Part shown: one piece after another, positions 52,271 to 64,000 of the stretch
How positions within the stretch are numbered: position 1 is the stretch's first letter
How the letters are laid out: each line of letters begins with the position of its first letter
Origin: Octopus bimaculoides
Lineage: Eukaryota
Direction of reading: 5' to 3'
Length of the DNA: 64,000 nt
NCBI RefSeq assembly: GCF_001194135.2
Contig: NC_068989.1
Location: 76,951,918-77,015,917, forward strand
The notes under the pieces: model-generated
What the model saw: only the letters and a program-made list of their open reading frames with translations
Database searches by the model: none
What the model was told of the DNA's origin: nothing
Translations under genes and position numbers: made by a program

Positions 52271-52901
52271 TTTTGTGAATTCTCTCCCACTATGTATATC
52301 CTATAACAAGATACAATTACTGGTAGAATGATACTTGGGTAATGTATGCAGTTAATTGGATCCAACTGACTGTATAATCTGCTCTTGAGCTATTCAAACA
52401 TGAATATTTCATTAAATATATTGTCCATAAAATAATTCGGAATACGCCGGGGGTATGTTGGGAGATAGATGAATTAAAAATAGGTAAGTAAGAATTTGAT
52501 TGACAGGTGTCAATTCATTACAGCCGTTTGGGACGAAATTTTTAATTGATTAATAAGTACATTATATCATTATAAAAACGTTTTATTCGCATGAATACAT
52601 GAATTTTAAAATCTAGGACTTTTAAAATACTTTAGAATCCACGGTAAATACATATTTAGTGGTACCAAAGCTAGCCCTTGCTGCAGAATGAGCTTAACCA
52701 AAACAATGTACATTCAAGGGTTTAGTGGGAGGGGAAAACACCACAACACATAAGGGAGGTGTATATTTCAGAATTTATAGCCCTAATAGGGGTTAGTTAG
52801 CTTAGTAGCGAGGAGGAAGGGTTACTAGGAAAGTCGTATAGTTAAGTGGTGACTTCCATGAAACATGTTTCTAATTTCCCGAAACTGAATTTATCCCACT
52901 A

Positions 52902-55633
52902 TCTATATATATAAAACAGAAATTATCTGTGTGTGTGCACGTGTGTGTATGTATGTGTGTGTGTGCACGTGTGTGTATGCATGTGTGTGTGTACGTGTTT
53001 GTATGTATGTGTGTGTGCAAGTTCGATGGCTTATAACTCGAGTTCCACCTAATCGATTCGATTGAAATTTGAGACATGCATTTGGTATGTTCCGAGGCTT
53101 GTTTTAATCACAACTACTTCGATCAATGTTCGGTTTTCGCAAAAACTCGATAGATAGTTATCGATTTTTTTCAAAAAGTCGTCCGATTTTGATTGAAGTT
53201 GACATACCTATGCGTTCTTACCCAAGGTTTTTCGTTTCGTTATTATTTATTTTTTCAAATTCTGTTTCGTTTGAGCACAACACGGGAAAAACCGACTCAA
53301 AAAATGCCCTTAAGGAGAGTCATAGCGCCGGAACCATTGAGCCGATTTAAACCAAGCTCGGTAAACTAATGCGTTTTCATCCAACGAATCTTATGCCATG
53401 GTTCATTCCATTAAATTGCGCTTTGTTTGAGCACAGTTCGACAAATTCACATTCGAACAAAATGCCTTTGTTGAGGTAGCTCCTGATTTCTTTTTCTCAG
53501 AACAGTGACCACATAACTTCTCCGATGCAGAAGCAATTAATCTCCACCATGGTGTGCGCACACATTGTGAAACCACTGACCTCAAAATAGCCACTGCCAA
53601 TAACAGTAAACATTCGGCACTGAGGCTTTCCATTGCAATAAATGAAAGCGATTTCTTTGGGTAAGCATGAGATAGTTAAAGCATCAACAGCCTCTGCACT
53701 GCACAAGCTACTGGCAAGTACTTACTACTTCCTTCATCCATTTCACTAGCAGTAGTAATCAGTATTGCACGGGTCTTAATACATTACAATGAAACTGGGA
53801 AACATGATGCCTTACACTTGAGAAAAGATGGTTTGGGGCATGTTTTAGTCATAACAACTGCTTTGATCAATGTTCGGTTTTTGCAAAAACTCGATCGATA
53901 ATTATCGATTTTTTCAAAAAGTCACCCGATTTCATACAAACTTGGTACACATTTGCAATTTGACCTAAAGAGTTTCATGGCGTCGCAGTACTCAGTGGAT
54001 GACCGGAAGACTGAAACTGAACTACAGAAGCACAATGAAGCTGCGTACCATTTAATCAATGTGGTTATTGGACAGCATTTGATGTAACACCAGATTATTC
54101 AGATTCATTTATGCTAATGTGTCTTACTTAAAATCCCCTTTAATTTTCACTAACACCAGTCACGATTCTGCTACAACGCTTTCACTGCAACGTCTCCTCT
54201 CAAAGCTATCCCTTCCTCCTTTAATCCAGCTGCAGTTGGTAAGTCACAAAATTGTTATTACATCTAGTGTTGCTCCTTGCCATTTCACCTCACGCCGTTG
54301 GAACACATTCATAAAGTACCACCTCTCATTGACAAAAATAGGTAGAGGGACTTTTGACAAACGCATCTACCTCGCGAATAGATAAGCGACGTTATCTCAG
54401 GCTTCACGGTAGAACTGCTAGACATTATCTGTTGTCAATTCGCATTCATGCATTTATTCCAGCGTAGAACAAATAACGATTGACATCCGCTTACGAATGT
54501 GGAGAAGTGATTTTTTTCGTTGCCGGCTCCAATTGCAACACAGCTTACCGTACTGCTACTAAATAACCTTATGGATATCTCTCCATTAAGATGTGCTCAT
54601 GGCCTCGTACCCATATACTTATTTCATAAAAACATACATTTTCTGTCGGTCGCTTGCTTTTATTCTTCTGAGTGGGGCTAAGTGTTCCTTAACCTCCATT
54701 TTTAGGTCATGCCACGACGGAAGATGTTCACCATTGGCCGAAATACTGCTAAAGCAGAAGAATTAAGACGAAATCGAGCTCCAGAATCCGCTGGGCATAA
54801 GCTACTGAACGTGCGGCCACCAGAAGAGCTCTCGAAACAGTCGATAAGCGAAACGCTCGTCTGACCACTATTGCCATCTTATCTGCAACTGCTCGCATTG
54901 CAGAAACCGAAGACCAAAGCAGAACTCGCCGAACTGCGAATGCTGCTTCAACGGCATCTGCTCGAGGTTCAGAGACAGACTGCCAGCGAAAAAGACGTCA
55001 AATCGCGAATGCTGTTGTGTCTGCGACTTCTCGCGCTGCAAAAACCGAAGACCAACGCAGAAATTTGCCGAATCACGAAAGCTTCTTCAATGGCAACTGC
55101 TCGAGTTTCAGAGACAGAGTACCAGCGAAGAAACCGCTGATCTAGTAACGCCGCGTCTACAGCTGCTGCAATAGCTTCTGAAACAAGTCCCCAGTGGAAA
55201 CGTCACCGAACCGCAAATGCTGCCTGCACTTCAGCCGCACGTGCCGAGGAGAATGAAGAACGTCGGACAACAGATGCTGCAAACACTGCTGCTGCAAACA
55301 CTGCTGCTGCAAACACTGCTGCTGCAAACATTGCTGCTGCTCGATCTTCCCAAACGTTACAAGACTGTGATAATCGCCTTCAGATTGATGCCAGACGGCG
55401 TGCCCTTAGGAAAGGTGTTTCTAAACCGTTGGCCTCACAATGGACCTTAAAAGTATTCCACAACTGTATGGTTCTAATCAGCGCTGGGCTGAGGAGTGAG
55501 GTGTTGAAATCAGAACAGAATTGCACGAATGCAGTAGCCGAGGTAGGGCTCAAAAGATTTTCTTAACTGTAAGGTTTCATCTTTCCGCAGTCGAATGGTA
55601 ATTTATTAAGACCCGTGCAACGCCGGGTACTAG
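52902..55633 (+). mobile_element. Non-autonomous Helitron (~2.7 kb)
   Basis: 5' a/TCtatatatataaaa followed by a (GT)-type microsatellite and ccgattt..gaaatttg motifs; 3' hairpin acccg-tgcaacgc-cgggt (55611-28) followed by CTAG; internal remnant of the RepHel N-terminus. Confidence 0.8.
54709..55566 (+). pseudogene. Helitron Rep N-terminal remnant with 23-aa STPR-like repeats (frameshifted)
   Basis: MPRRKMFTIGRNTAKAEELRR.. then ETVDKRNARLTTIAILSATARIA / ETEDQSRTRRTANAASTASARGS / ETDCQRKRRQIANAVVSATSRAA / ... / ETEYQRRNR*SSNAASTAAAIAS / ETSPQWKRHRTANAACTSAARAE, each exactly 23 aa. Confidence 0.75.
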
Positions 55634-57086
55634 CTACTACATAATATAATGAAATAATATTTGAAATTATGTATAGTCACTTATACGGTTCTCTTAACCC
55701 CCTTCTTACCAAAACAGTATTTCATGCAGCTATAACTTGCTTTGTTAGAAATCTAATGTTGATATAATTTGATCTATATATTATATAATTTTTTTTAAAA
55801 AGTACTTATTATATCATTCTTGTACTGTAGTGTTTATGCATAATTACATATGATTACTGAATTAATTCTAATAAACGAATGCGTTTTAATTCATGTTGCT
55901 GATTCTTTTTTTATTTTAATGTAAATATATTGAAGCATTTATTTCGGTATTTCTTACAATAGAATAGTTTTTCAACCGTATCATTCACGAATTCTGTAAT
56001 TACAATTTTGAATTCAAAATGAAAATGAAAATAATAACAAAACAACAACAACAACAATAATAAGAAGAAGAATAATGATAAGAAGAAGAATTGTAATTAT
56101 ATTTATAACTCTGTAAAGCAAGATTGGATTTTAGAATTATAATGATATTGATTTCATCTTTAGGCACATAGCAAAATTGTGTGAAAAATGTTATTTTTTT
56201 ATTAACGCCAGAAGTATGAAAGCAAACTGATACAGTAGCCTACTCAGAAGTAGCATGCTAACGCTGATAAATGTCGTAAGGTATTTAACATTGCACTCTA
56301 AAATTTTGACTCAAATTACGCCTCTGGTGTTTTAGTGACATAAAATTTTACTAAATAACTTTGTAATTGTTACTGATATTCTAATTTCCTTTGTTATCTT
56401 GAAAATTGTATGAATCTTAAATAATCAAAGCAATTGTTATATAGAAAGAATTTCATGAATCGCGGATGATAATTAATTTTTTTTTTATTGTGGCCTTTAT
56501 TGCAAATTTTGGTATTCTATTGAAAGGGTGTCTGTATGCTGTGCATTGAAGTAAATTATTATGCAAATCTCAAAGAAATCACCAAAAACATGACACATTA
56601 GATAATGTAGTTGGAAATAGCCTTAAAATAGACATTGATTAATATTGGAAATGTATTAAACATAAATATGGGAATAAACAGGAACATGAGTAGTGCGTTT
56701 TGTGTTTTAAGACGTAATAACGCGAAAACACTCTACAAATGAAATTTAAATGTGGATTCATTATTCAGAATAAATCAGTTGTTATATCAGTAGGATTATA
56801 TATAATATTCAGCGGGGATGATCGAAGCAAGAAAAGTACGTGCGTACACTACTGTGAAATTAAACATAAGAGTCGTTTATAAAAACATATGTATAACACA
56901 AATTGATATTTGATATGGAAGATAAAGACAGACGTGATCCTGGAAAATATTCTTAATCCAAACGAACCTCAAATAATTTCAATTTGAAAACGACTAGTAC
57001 TACATCATATATTTGGGTATATATACATATATACACATAAGCATACATAGGTACATATATACACACATGCATACACACACACATAA

Positions 57087-57133
<47 letters not shown>

Positions 57134-57135
57134 TG

Positions 57136-57230
57136 GAAACAAGACAAAGTAGAAAATACTAAAATACTTTTATAGAAAACATTTCAGTACCGGTTTCCAT
57201 CCTTGAGATATTTACAACAGTAAATAAGGA
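57136..57230 (-). repeat. Small dispersed repeat (copy 2) with a decayed minimal hammerhead-like motif
   Basis: Aligns with 3575-3665; the minus strand reads ..atc tcaag gat g GAAA CCGGTA. Confidence 0.5.
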
Positions 57231-58006
57231 TAATAAATTTGGGAAAAAATTTAATTAAAAGTCTTTTTTAAAACATATTTGTATAGTATTCAAACACCAG
57301 GGGCATTTTTCTTGTTTCTGTCTGTCTTTGTTTCACTTATTAACTAAATATATATATATAAATATGTGAATGTGTGACTATTGCTTAAAGACGACCGTAT
57401 TTCGTAACCGAGAGTGGCTTTGTTGCTTGTATTGTGACTTAATAATTGCTTTTAGTTATCCTATTTCTTCGCCATCAGACATACATATAATCCCGTTCCC
57501 ATCGGTCATGAAGAAGAGGAATATCTGAAATATAAAAACTGGATGGAAATAGGACTGCAATAGTCCCCAACTAAAACCAATAATATTGAATGCATTGATA
57601 AAGCACGAAACCATACGAGTTTATTAAGCCTCAAAACGTACCACCAGATTCAGCATTCAAACCCGTTATTTTACTACCATGATTCCAACCAATCTCCTAG
57701 AAGTTAAGCCACGACTCTTATACATGTGTGTTTGTTTGGGTATGGATGTGTGTGAGTATGTGTGTGTGTGTGTGTGCGTGTGCGAGCCTGTGTGAAAATA
57801 GAGATTTGATTAAAGTAGGTCCAGTAGGATACAAGGCATATCAAAGTGATGCACGCCACTATTGATGACTCGACAAAATGACAGAAATCGGTCAGTAAAA
57901 CAATAAGTTACTATATTACGGTATGTATTAACTCTACAGTATCAAATAGCCAATTCGTCAGCTTTTATGAGGTATATGAATATGTATACACACACATATG
58001 TATGCA

Positions 58007-58039
<33 letters not shown>

Positions 58040-58286
58040 CCATATATGCTTATATACATATGCCGATATACTTGTATACAAAAATAATACTGTAATCTGA
58101 ATTTGTCTATCTCAAGCTTCTAGTACATCTTTTCCGGGGAGAATACCATCTGGATAATATTAAACAGGGAAGCGATGCACAACAGTTTTTTCTTTTCTCA
58201 TGAAAATCGGTGAATTTACTTAATGGAACACAAGCAAAGTAAACACCCAAGCACATACATATAATCTATGCACAAACACACACACA

Positions 58287-58323
<37 letters not shown>

Positions 58324-58355
58324 AGACACAGACACAGACACACACACACACACAC

Positions 58356-58402
<47 letters not shown>

Positions 58403-59288
58403 NNNNNNNNNNNNNNNNNNNNNNNNNNNNNNNNNNNNNNNNNNNNNNNNNNNNNNNNNNNNNNNNNNNNNNNNNNNNNNNNNNNNNNNNNNNNNNNNNN
58501 NNNNNNNNNNNNNNNNNNNNNNNNNNNNNNNNNNNNNNNNNNNNNNNNNNNNNNNNNNNNNNNNNNNNNNNNNNNNNNNNNNNNNNNNNNNNNNNNNNNN
58601 NNNNNNNNNNNNNNNNNNNNNNNNNNNNNNNNNNNNNNNNNNNNNNNNNNNNNNNNNNNNNNNNNNNNNNNNNNNNNNNNNNNNNNNNNNNNNNNNNNNN
58701 NNNNNNNNNNNNNNNNNNNNNNNNNNNNNNNNNNNNNNNNNNNNNNNNNNNNNNNNNNNNNNNNNNNNNNNNNNNNNNNNNNNNNNNNNNNNNNNNNNNN
58801 NNNNNNNNNNNNNNNNNNNNNNNNNNNNNNNNNNNNNNNNNNNNNNNNNNNNNNNNNNNNNNNNNNNNNNNNNNNNNNNNNNNNNNNNNNNNNNNNNNNN
58901 NNNNNNNNNNNNNNNNNNNNNNNNNNNNNNNNNNNNNNNNNNNNNNNNNNNNNNNNNNNNNNNNNNNNNNNNNNNNNNNNNNNNNNNNNNNNNNNNNNNN
59001 NNNNNNNNNNNNNNNNNNNATACATATATATATATATATACACGTATATATGAATACATGTACTATGAACCCACGCACACAGTTATATATTCACACATAT
59101 ATAAACAATATACTTGCGCATGCATGAGTTCATGTAACCATGAATATTTGCGTGAATATGGAGAGAAGAAACTATAAATTTCATTAACTTCCGCATTTAC
59201 AAATACAATGAGACTTTTATGCACCTTTTAAATAATGCTATATATCGATTTCACAGTATATATGTCAGAGACAGGGTTTCAAAAGCCA

Positions 59289-59345
<57 letters not shown>

Positions 59346-60778
59346 ACATACACACACACACAAACACACACGCACACATTATTGCATGCATATGTTATGT
59401 GTTGTATAATTGAAACACCATGTTTATGTAAATATGTCCATGTGTAAACTTTGTTAACGAGATTATAACCTTCAAAATCATTTTGCAATATATCAATTTC
59501 GCAACCATTAGACAATAAGGCTGCATGGTGTTTCAATCAAATGGAATTGAAAATTTATTCATAAAAGACGTCTACAATGCAGTCTATACTTGATATGTTT
59601 AGAAAAAAAGTGTATTAGGTAAATGTGAAAAGAGAGATAGGAATGGAAAGGAATATCCTAATAATAGCCGGTACAAATGTTCTTTTGTTTGTGTGATGGG
59701 GTGATAACTTCAGACAAAATACAAGAAAGGTACAGAAAAAGTTAATCTTAAATATTTAAATATATATATATGTATATATATANNNNNNNNNNNNNNNNNN
59801 NNNNNNNNNNNNNNNNNNNNNNNNNNNNNNNNNNNNNNNNNNNNNNNNNNNNNNNNNNNNNNNNNNNNNNNNNNNNNNNNNNNNNNNNNNNNNNNNNNNN
59901 NNNNNNNNNNNNNNNNNNNNNNNNNNNNNNNNNNNNNNNNNNNNNNNNNNNNNNNNNNNNNNNNNNNNNNNNNNNNNNNNNNNNNNNNNNNNNNNNNNNN
60001 NNNNNNNNNNNNNNNNNNNNNNNNNNNNNNNNNNNNNNNNNNNNNNNNNNNNNNNNNNNNNNNNNNNNNNNNNNNNNNNNNNNNNNNNNNNNNNNNNNNN
60101 NNNNNNNNNNNNNNNNNNNNNNNNNNNNNNNNNNNNNNNNNNNNNNNNNNNNNNNNNNNNNNNNNNNNNNNNNNNNNNNNNNNNNNNNNNNNNNNNNNNN
60201 NNNNNNNNNNNNNNNNNNNNNNNNNNNNNNNNNNNNNNNNNNNNNNNNNNNNNNNNNNNNNNNNNNNNNNNNNNNNNNNNNNNNNNNNNNNNNNNNNNNN
60301 NNNNNNNNNNNNNNNNNNNNNNNNNNNNNNNNNNNNNNNNNNNNNNNNNNNNNNNNNNNNNNNNNNNNNNNNNNNNNNNNNNNNNNNNNNNNNNNNNNNN
60401 NNNNNNNNNNNNNNNNNNNNNNNNNNNNNNNNNNNNNNNNNNNNNNNNNNNNNNNNNNNNNNNNNNNNNNNNNNNNNNNNNNNNNNNNNNNNNNNNNNNN
60501 NNNNNNNNNNNNNNNNNNNNNNNNNNNNNNNNNNNNNNNNNNNNNNNNNNNNNNNNNNNNNNNNNNNNNNNNNNNNNNNNNNNNNNNNNNNNNNNNNNNN
60601 NNNNNNNNNNNNNNNNNNNNNNNNNNNNNNNNNNNNNNNNNNNNNNNNNNNNNNNNNNNNNNNNNNNNNNNNNNNNNNNNNNNNNNNNNNNNNNNNNNNN
60701 NNNNNNNNNNNNNNNNNNNNNNNNNNNNNNNNNNNNNNNNNNNNNNNNNNNNNNNNNNNNNNNNNNNNNNNNNNNNTA

Positions 60779-61515
60779 TAGGGTGTGGGTGAGTAAATTA
60801 CGCAAAAATAAAAATAGCTCTTGACATCTCAGTTTAACAGATATATTTACCAAAATTACATAAAAATATCTTGAAATATCAAAGAGTAAATTTATTCAAT
60901 AAAATCTCCATTAGCTTCAACCACGGTCTCCAGACAACTGCAGAATCTCCTGCAAATTTTCTCGGTGGGGTTGCAGTCTGGGGAGTTAGGTGGCCATATT
61001 ATAGATGTGAGGTGGTCGCAGAAATTGACTGACTGCCATCACTTGTCTCTTCTGCTTGTGTGACAGACATAGGTTCATTTAGCAGCCAATCTCTTGATCT
61101 AAAGCAGTAGTATCTCCTTCAGGAACTTGTTGTAGACTTCCGTGCTGAGTCTGAGGCCGTGTAGGAAGATGAATGGAGGCATAACGCCGCCATCACTAAT
61201 GATCACTCCTAAACACCATGATGTTGACTGCATGCTTGAGTTTGTATCATTCTCGGTACATGTCCTGAGATTGCACTGTCGTCATATCCACACACAGATA
61301 TTCTGAAATATTCGTTTTGGAGCTTCCGGTGCAAATGCCAAGCAGTACAGCATACCGTTTCCAAATTGCTGACACTGTGAGCCGCGTCATGGTGCTGTTT
61401 TTGTCACAGATGTTACTCAACTGACCCTACTATAATGTGTAGTCGACAAAATCAAAAATAAACAATATGTAAAATTAAACATGTAGAATGGCTACGGTTT
61501 ACCCATCGCACTCTT
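60779..61515 (-). mobile_element. Internally deleted Tc1/mariner element of the maT (DD37D)-like type with both TIRs
   Basis: Minus strand: MTRLTVSAIWKRYAVLLGICTGSS.. | KLKHAVNIMVF.GVIISDGGVMPPFIF..LSTEVYNKFL..IIWPPNSPDCNP | ICRRFCSCLETVVEANGDFIE*; TIRs gggtgtgggtgagtaaatt / gtttacccatcgcactct. Confidence 0.85.
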
Positions 61516-61750
61516 TATATATATAGTTAGAAACTACATATATCTAGAATATCGTAAAATATGTCCCAACACAGATAATTTTAAATATTGTAAAAAAAAA
61601 TTACTTTTACTTGATGTTTAAAATAGACAGAAAATAAGGAAACTGCGCATAGTTTTTTCTTCACTTGACAAGTGTATCTGGGTGCTAGGAGTTACGTTGT
61701 AGTCATAACGTTCATAATTAACCAATGGAAAATGCACAAAGTTATGTATA

Positions 61751-61907
61751 TGCCTGATGAGCTTTTTTCCAGTTTTCATCTATCAATGTCGCTCATAAGA
61801 TTTTGGTGTTCTTGGTGCTAGAGTAAAAGACACTCTATTCCGGTGTCACGTATTTAGACGAAAATCTGAACCAAGTGACTGAGAAGCAAACTGTTTACTA
61901 CTCACCC
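61751..61907 (-). mobile_element. Old, diverged SINE module A copy
   Basis: ttccagttttcatctatcaatgtcgctcataagattttgg..gctagagtaaaagacac..gaagcaaactgtttactac resembles the reverse complement of module A. Confidence 0.55.
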
Positions 61908-63604
61908 TCAAATTCTAGAAATGTCGTGCAGACAGTGCAAAAACTACGGGGATGGGGTGATCTTATCTGCTATTTGTAAGTTCTCTGTATAGGAATCGAA
62001 GTTTATGCAAAATGTGAAGTTGATTAAATTCAACGTGAGTAAAGCGAATTTTCATCATTGTACGCAAAGTAGAAAATACTTTGTATCTAACGATTGTTTC
62101 CTTAAGTATTGGTTCTAACATCGCTAAATAACCTGGTGAAGTGGAATTCAATGGCAATCAACCGTACAAGATCACTGCAGTAAGCACACATCAGCAATAA
62201 AATTTTGATGTACAGCATCTAATTTACATTGTATCTACCTAAATTTACGCGACTAAACAAATAGAAAAGTATATACATTTCAAATATATATTATAACATT
62301 ATATACTGAAAGGTTCATTTCTCTTTATGAAGATCATATTAAAAACTAAATTTGCAATGTGAGATGAATTAAATTGTAAGCGCGAAAAGCCAAGCAATGC
62401 ATTTAATGTAAATTTAGATAGGCTAACTAGCAGATCAGTTGACTGTTTAGTTTCTTTATCGTTAGAGTTTCTTCATTGGCCTAGATTTTCTGTGTTGTTA
62501 TTGCATGGTTTGGTGATGGGGGTAATGTTTGTACAGGATGTAGTTCTTTTGTCTATCTCCGACAATTATTCATGTCTGTGGAACGAAACGAGCAACAGAA
62601 AATCATTCAGGCAACAGTAAACCATAAAAACAACAGTAAATCATAAAATCGACAGTAAATCATGTATTTGTGATGGCTATTAGATGATACTGGGCATGCG
62701 GCTTTAAGCCATATTCTAGTTCTCATTTTCTTTCTTTTATCGAAGCTGTATTAATGCTATTAAGTGATGTGTTGTGATATCGTTCGACAAGCAACACTAG
62801 GATGGCTTATCTCTTTCACTATATTTGCTGCCAAGCATGGGTTGTTACCATGAACAGGGCAAATAACAGTGTTAATTATGCGATACGATCTTAACCATTG
62901 AACAATCGAAACCGCAACACTGAATTCACTTGACTGCATACACCGACAAATGTATGAGAATGAAGTAACAATAATCAACGCATTGGCATATATTACCCAT
63001 GTGCAACCGACATGTTCTCAAAATATATATATCTTTATCAGTTACCAATATCCATTGACGTTTTAACATTTGTTTTTATTACTTCAGCCATTGCTGCAGT
63101 ACACAAAATAGACAAAAGCATTGTTTTGCTTATCTTACTCTGGCACATTTGGAAAAATCTTTTACAGATATAAATAACTAGAAGCATTTTCACCGAAAAT
63201 TTTTCTTATTTATTCCAGAATTATTTCATGTCAGCTTGCTAACTTGAAGGTGGAAATGTTCTTATTAAAAACCAGGCATTAAAGTGACTACTAAAATGGA
63301 ACTTCAATAAACAACTTTCCTGACTGCGCACACAAGTTTCGATTAATAGATAAATTTCTCTAAGTTTATTTCATTGAATTTCCTAAAACAGAGCAGGTGA
63401 CTGGTTACTAATAACATGTAGTATTTGACAACTATTTTATGTTCGATACTAAAGCAAATTTTGAATTCAAACGGTATCTTATGATTTCTGGGTTTTAATG
63501 AATGTGTTTCTTATTCGGCAATATATTTATTGGATTTTTCCCCTAAATGATTTCCGCGGTAGTTTATATTAAATATTCGATTCCGAAACTTTATATATAT
63601 TTAC

Positions 63605-63800
63605 TACGGCACTCCGTGAGTTACGACGACGAGGGTTCCAATTGATCCAATCAACGGAACAGCCTGCTCGTGAAATTAACGTGCAAGTGGCTGAGCACTC
63701 CACAGACATGGAATCATTCAGGTTGACACAGAGTGTGATAAAGCTGGCCCTTTTGAAATACAGGTACAACAGCAACAGGAAGAAAGAGTGAGAGAATGTT
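63605..63800 (+). mobile_element. Unclassified GC-richer repeat segment
   Basis: Compositionally distinct block resembling a recalled Octopus dispersed repeat; single copy here. Confidence 0.3.
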
Positions 63801-63897
63801 GTGGTAAAAACGTAAAACTCTTTTCTGCTATAGCCCCGGGTTGACTAGAGTTTCGTGACAGTAGGGTAACGGGAACATGCATGAAATATATATATTA

Positions 63898-64000
63898 TCC
63901 GCGTAACTTTGCGGGTCGGTAAAAGAGACATATAAAATAAGTACTAGGCTTACAAAGAATATGTCCTGGGGTCGATTTGCTCGACTTAAGGCGGTGCTCC
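63898..64000 (+). mobile_element. SINE module C, running off the window end
   Basis: cgtaactttgcgggtcggtaaaagagac..aataagtactaggcttacaaagaatatgtcctggggtcgatttgctcgact. Confidence 0.85.

Noticed and set aside
54871-55450. Track ORFs MPSYLQLLALQKPK.. and MLPALQPH..LLLQT
   Set aside because: Off-frame readings of the STPR-like repeat region
58220-60853. The longest ORFs in the track (250-365 aa)
   Set aside because: They are open only because they run through N gaps

Overview
This is AT-rich, microsatellite-dense eukaryotic (animal) genomic DNA from a draft short-read scaffold with 15 N-gaps. The repeat landscape most resembles Octopus/cephalopod DNA (an inference from composition and recalled SINE families, not a search result). 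I found no intact protein-coding gene, rRNA, genuine tRNA gene or CRISPR array, so the window looks intergenic or intronic. Almost all ORF-track entries are translations of microsatellites, gaps or decayed transposases. The content is mobile-element debris: about nine Tc1/mariner relics (one full-length 1.3 kb mariner, several with internal deletions, one foldback derivative), several tRNA-derived SINE families, a 2.7 kb non-autonomous Helitron retaining 23-aa STPR-like repeats, an R4/Dong-like LINE fragment among (TAA)n tracts, two long near-perfect palindromes and several minisatellites. The most notable signal is RNA-level. An apparently complete type I hammerhead ribozyme sits at ~32000-32103 (+). 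A tRNA-headed SINE-like element carries a minimal (Penelope-type) hammerhead at ~44576-44853 (-), with an inverted partner at ~45400-45540. Further decayed hammerhead-like motifs occur in other small repeat families. All alignments and folds were done by eye; coordinates of decayed elements are approximate.
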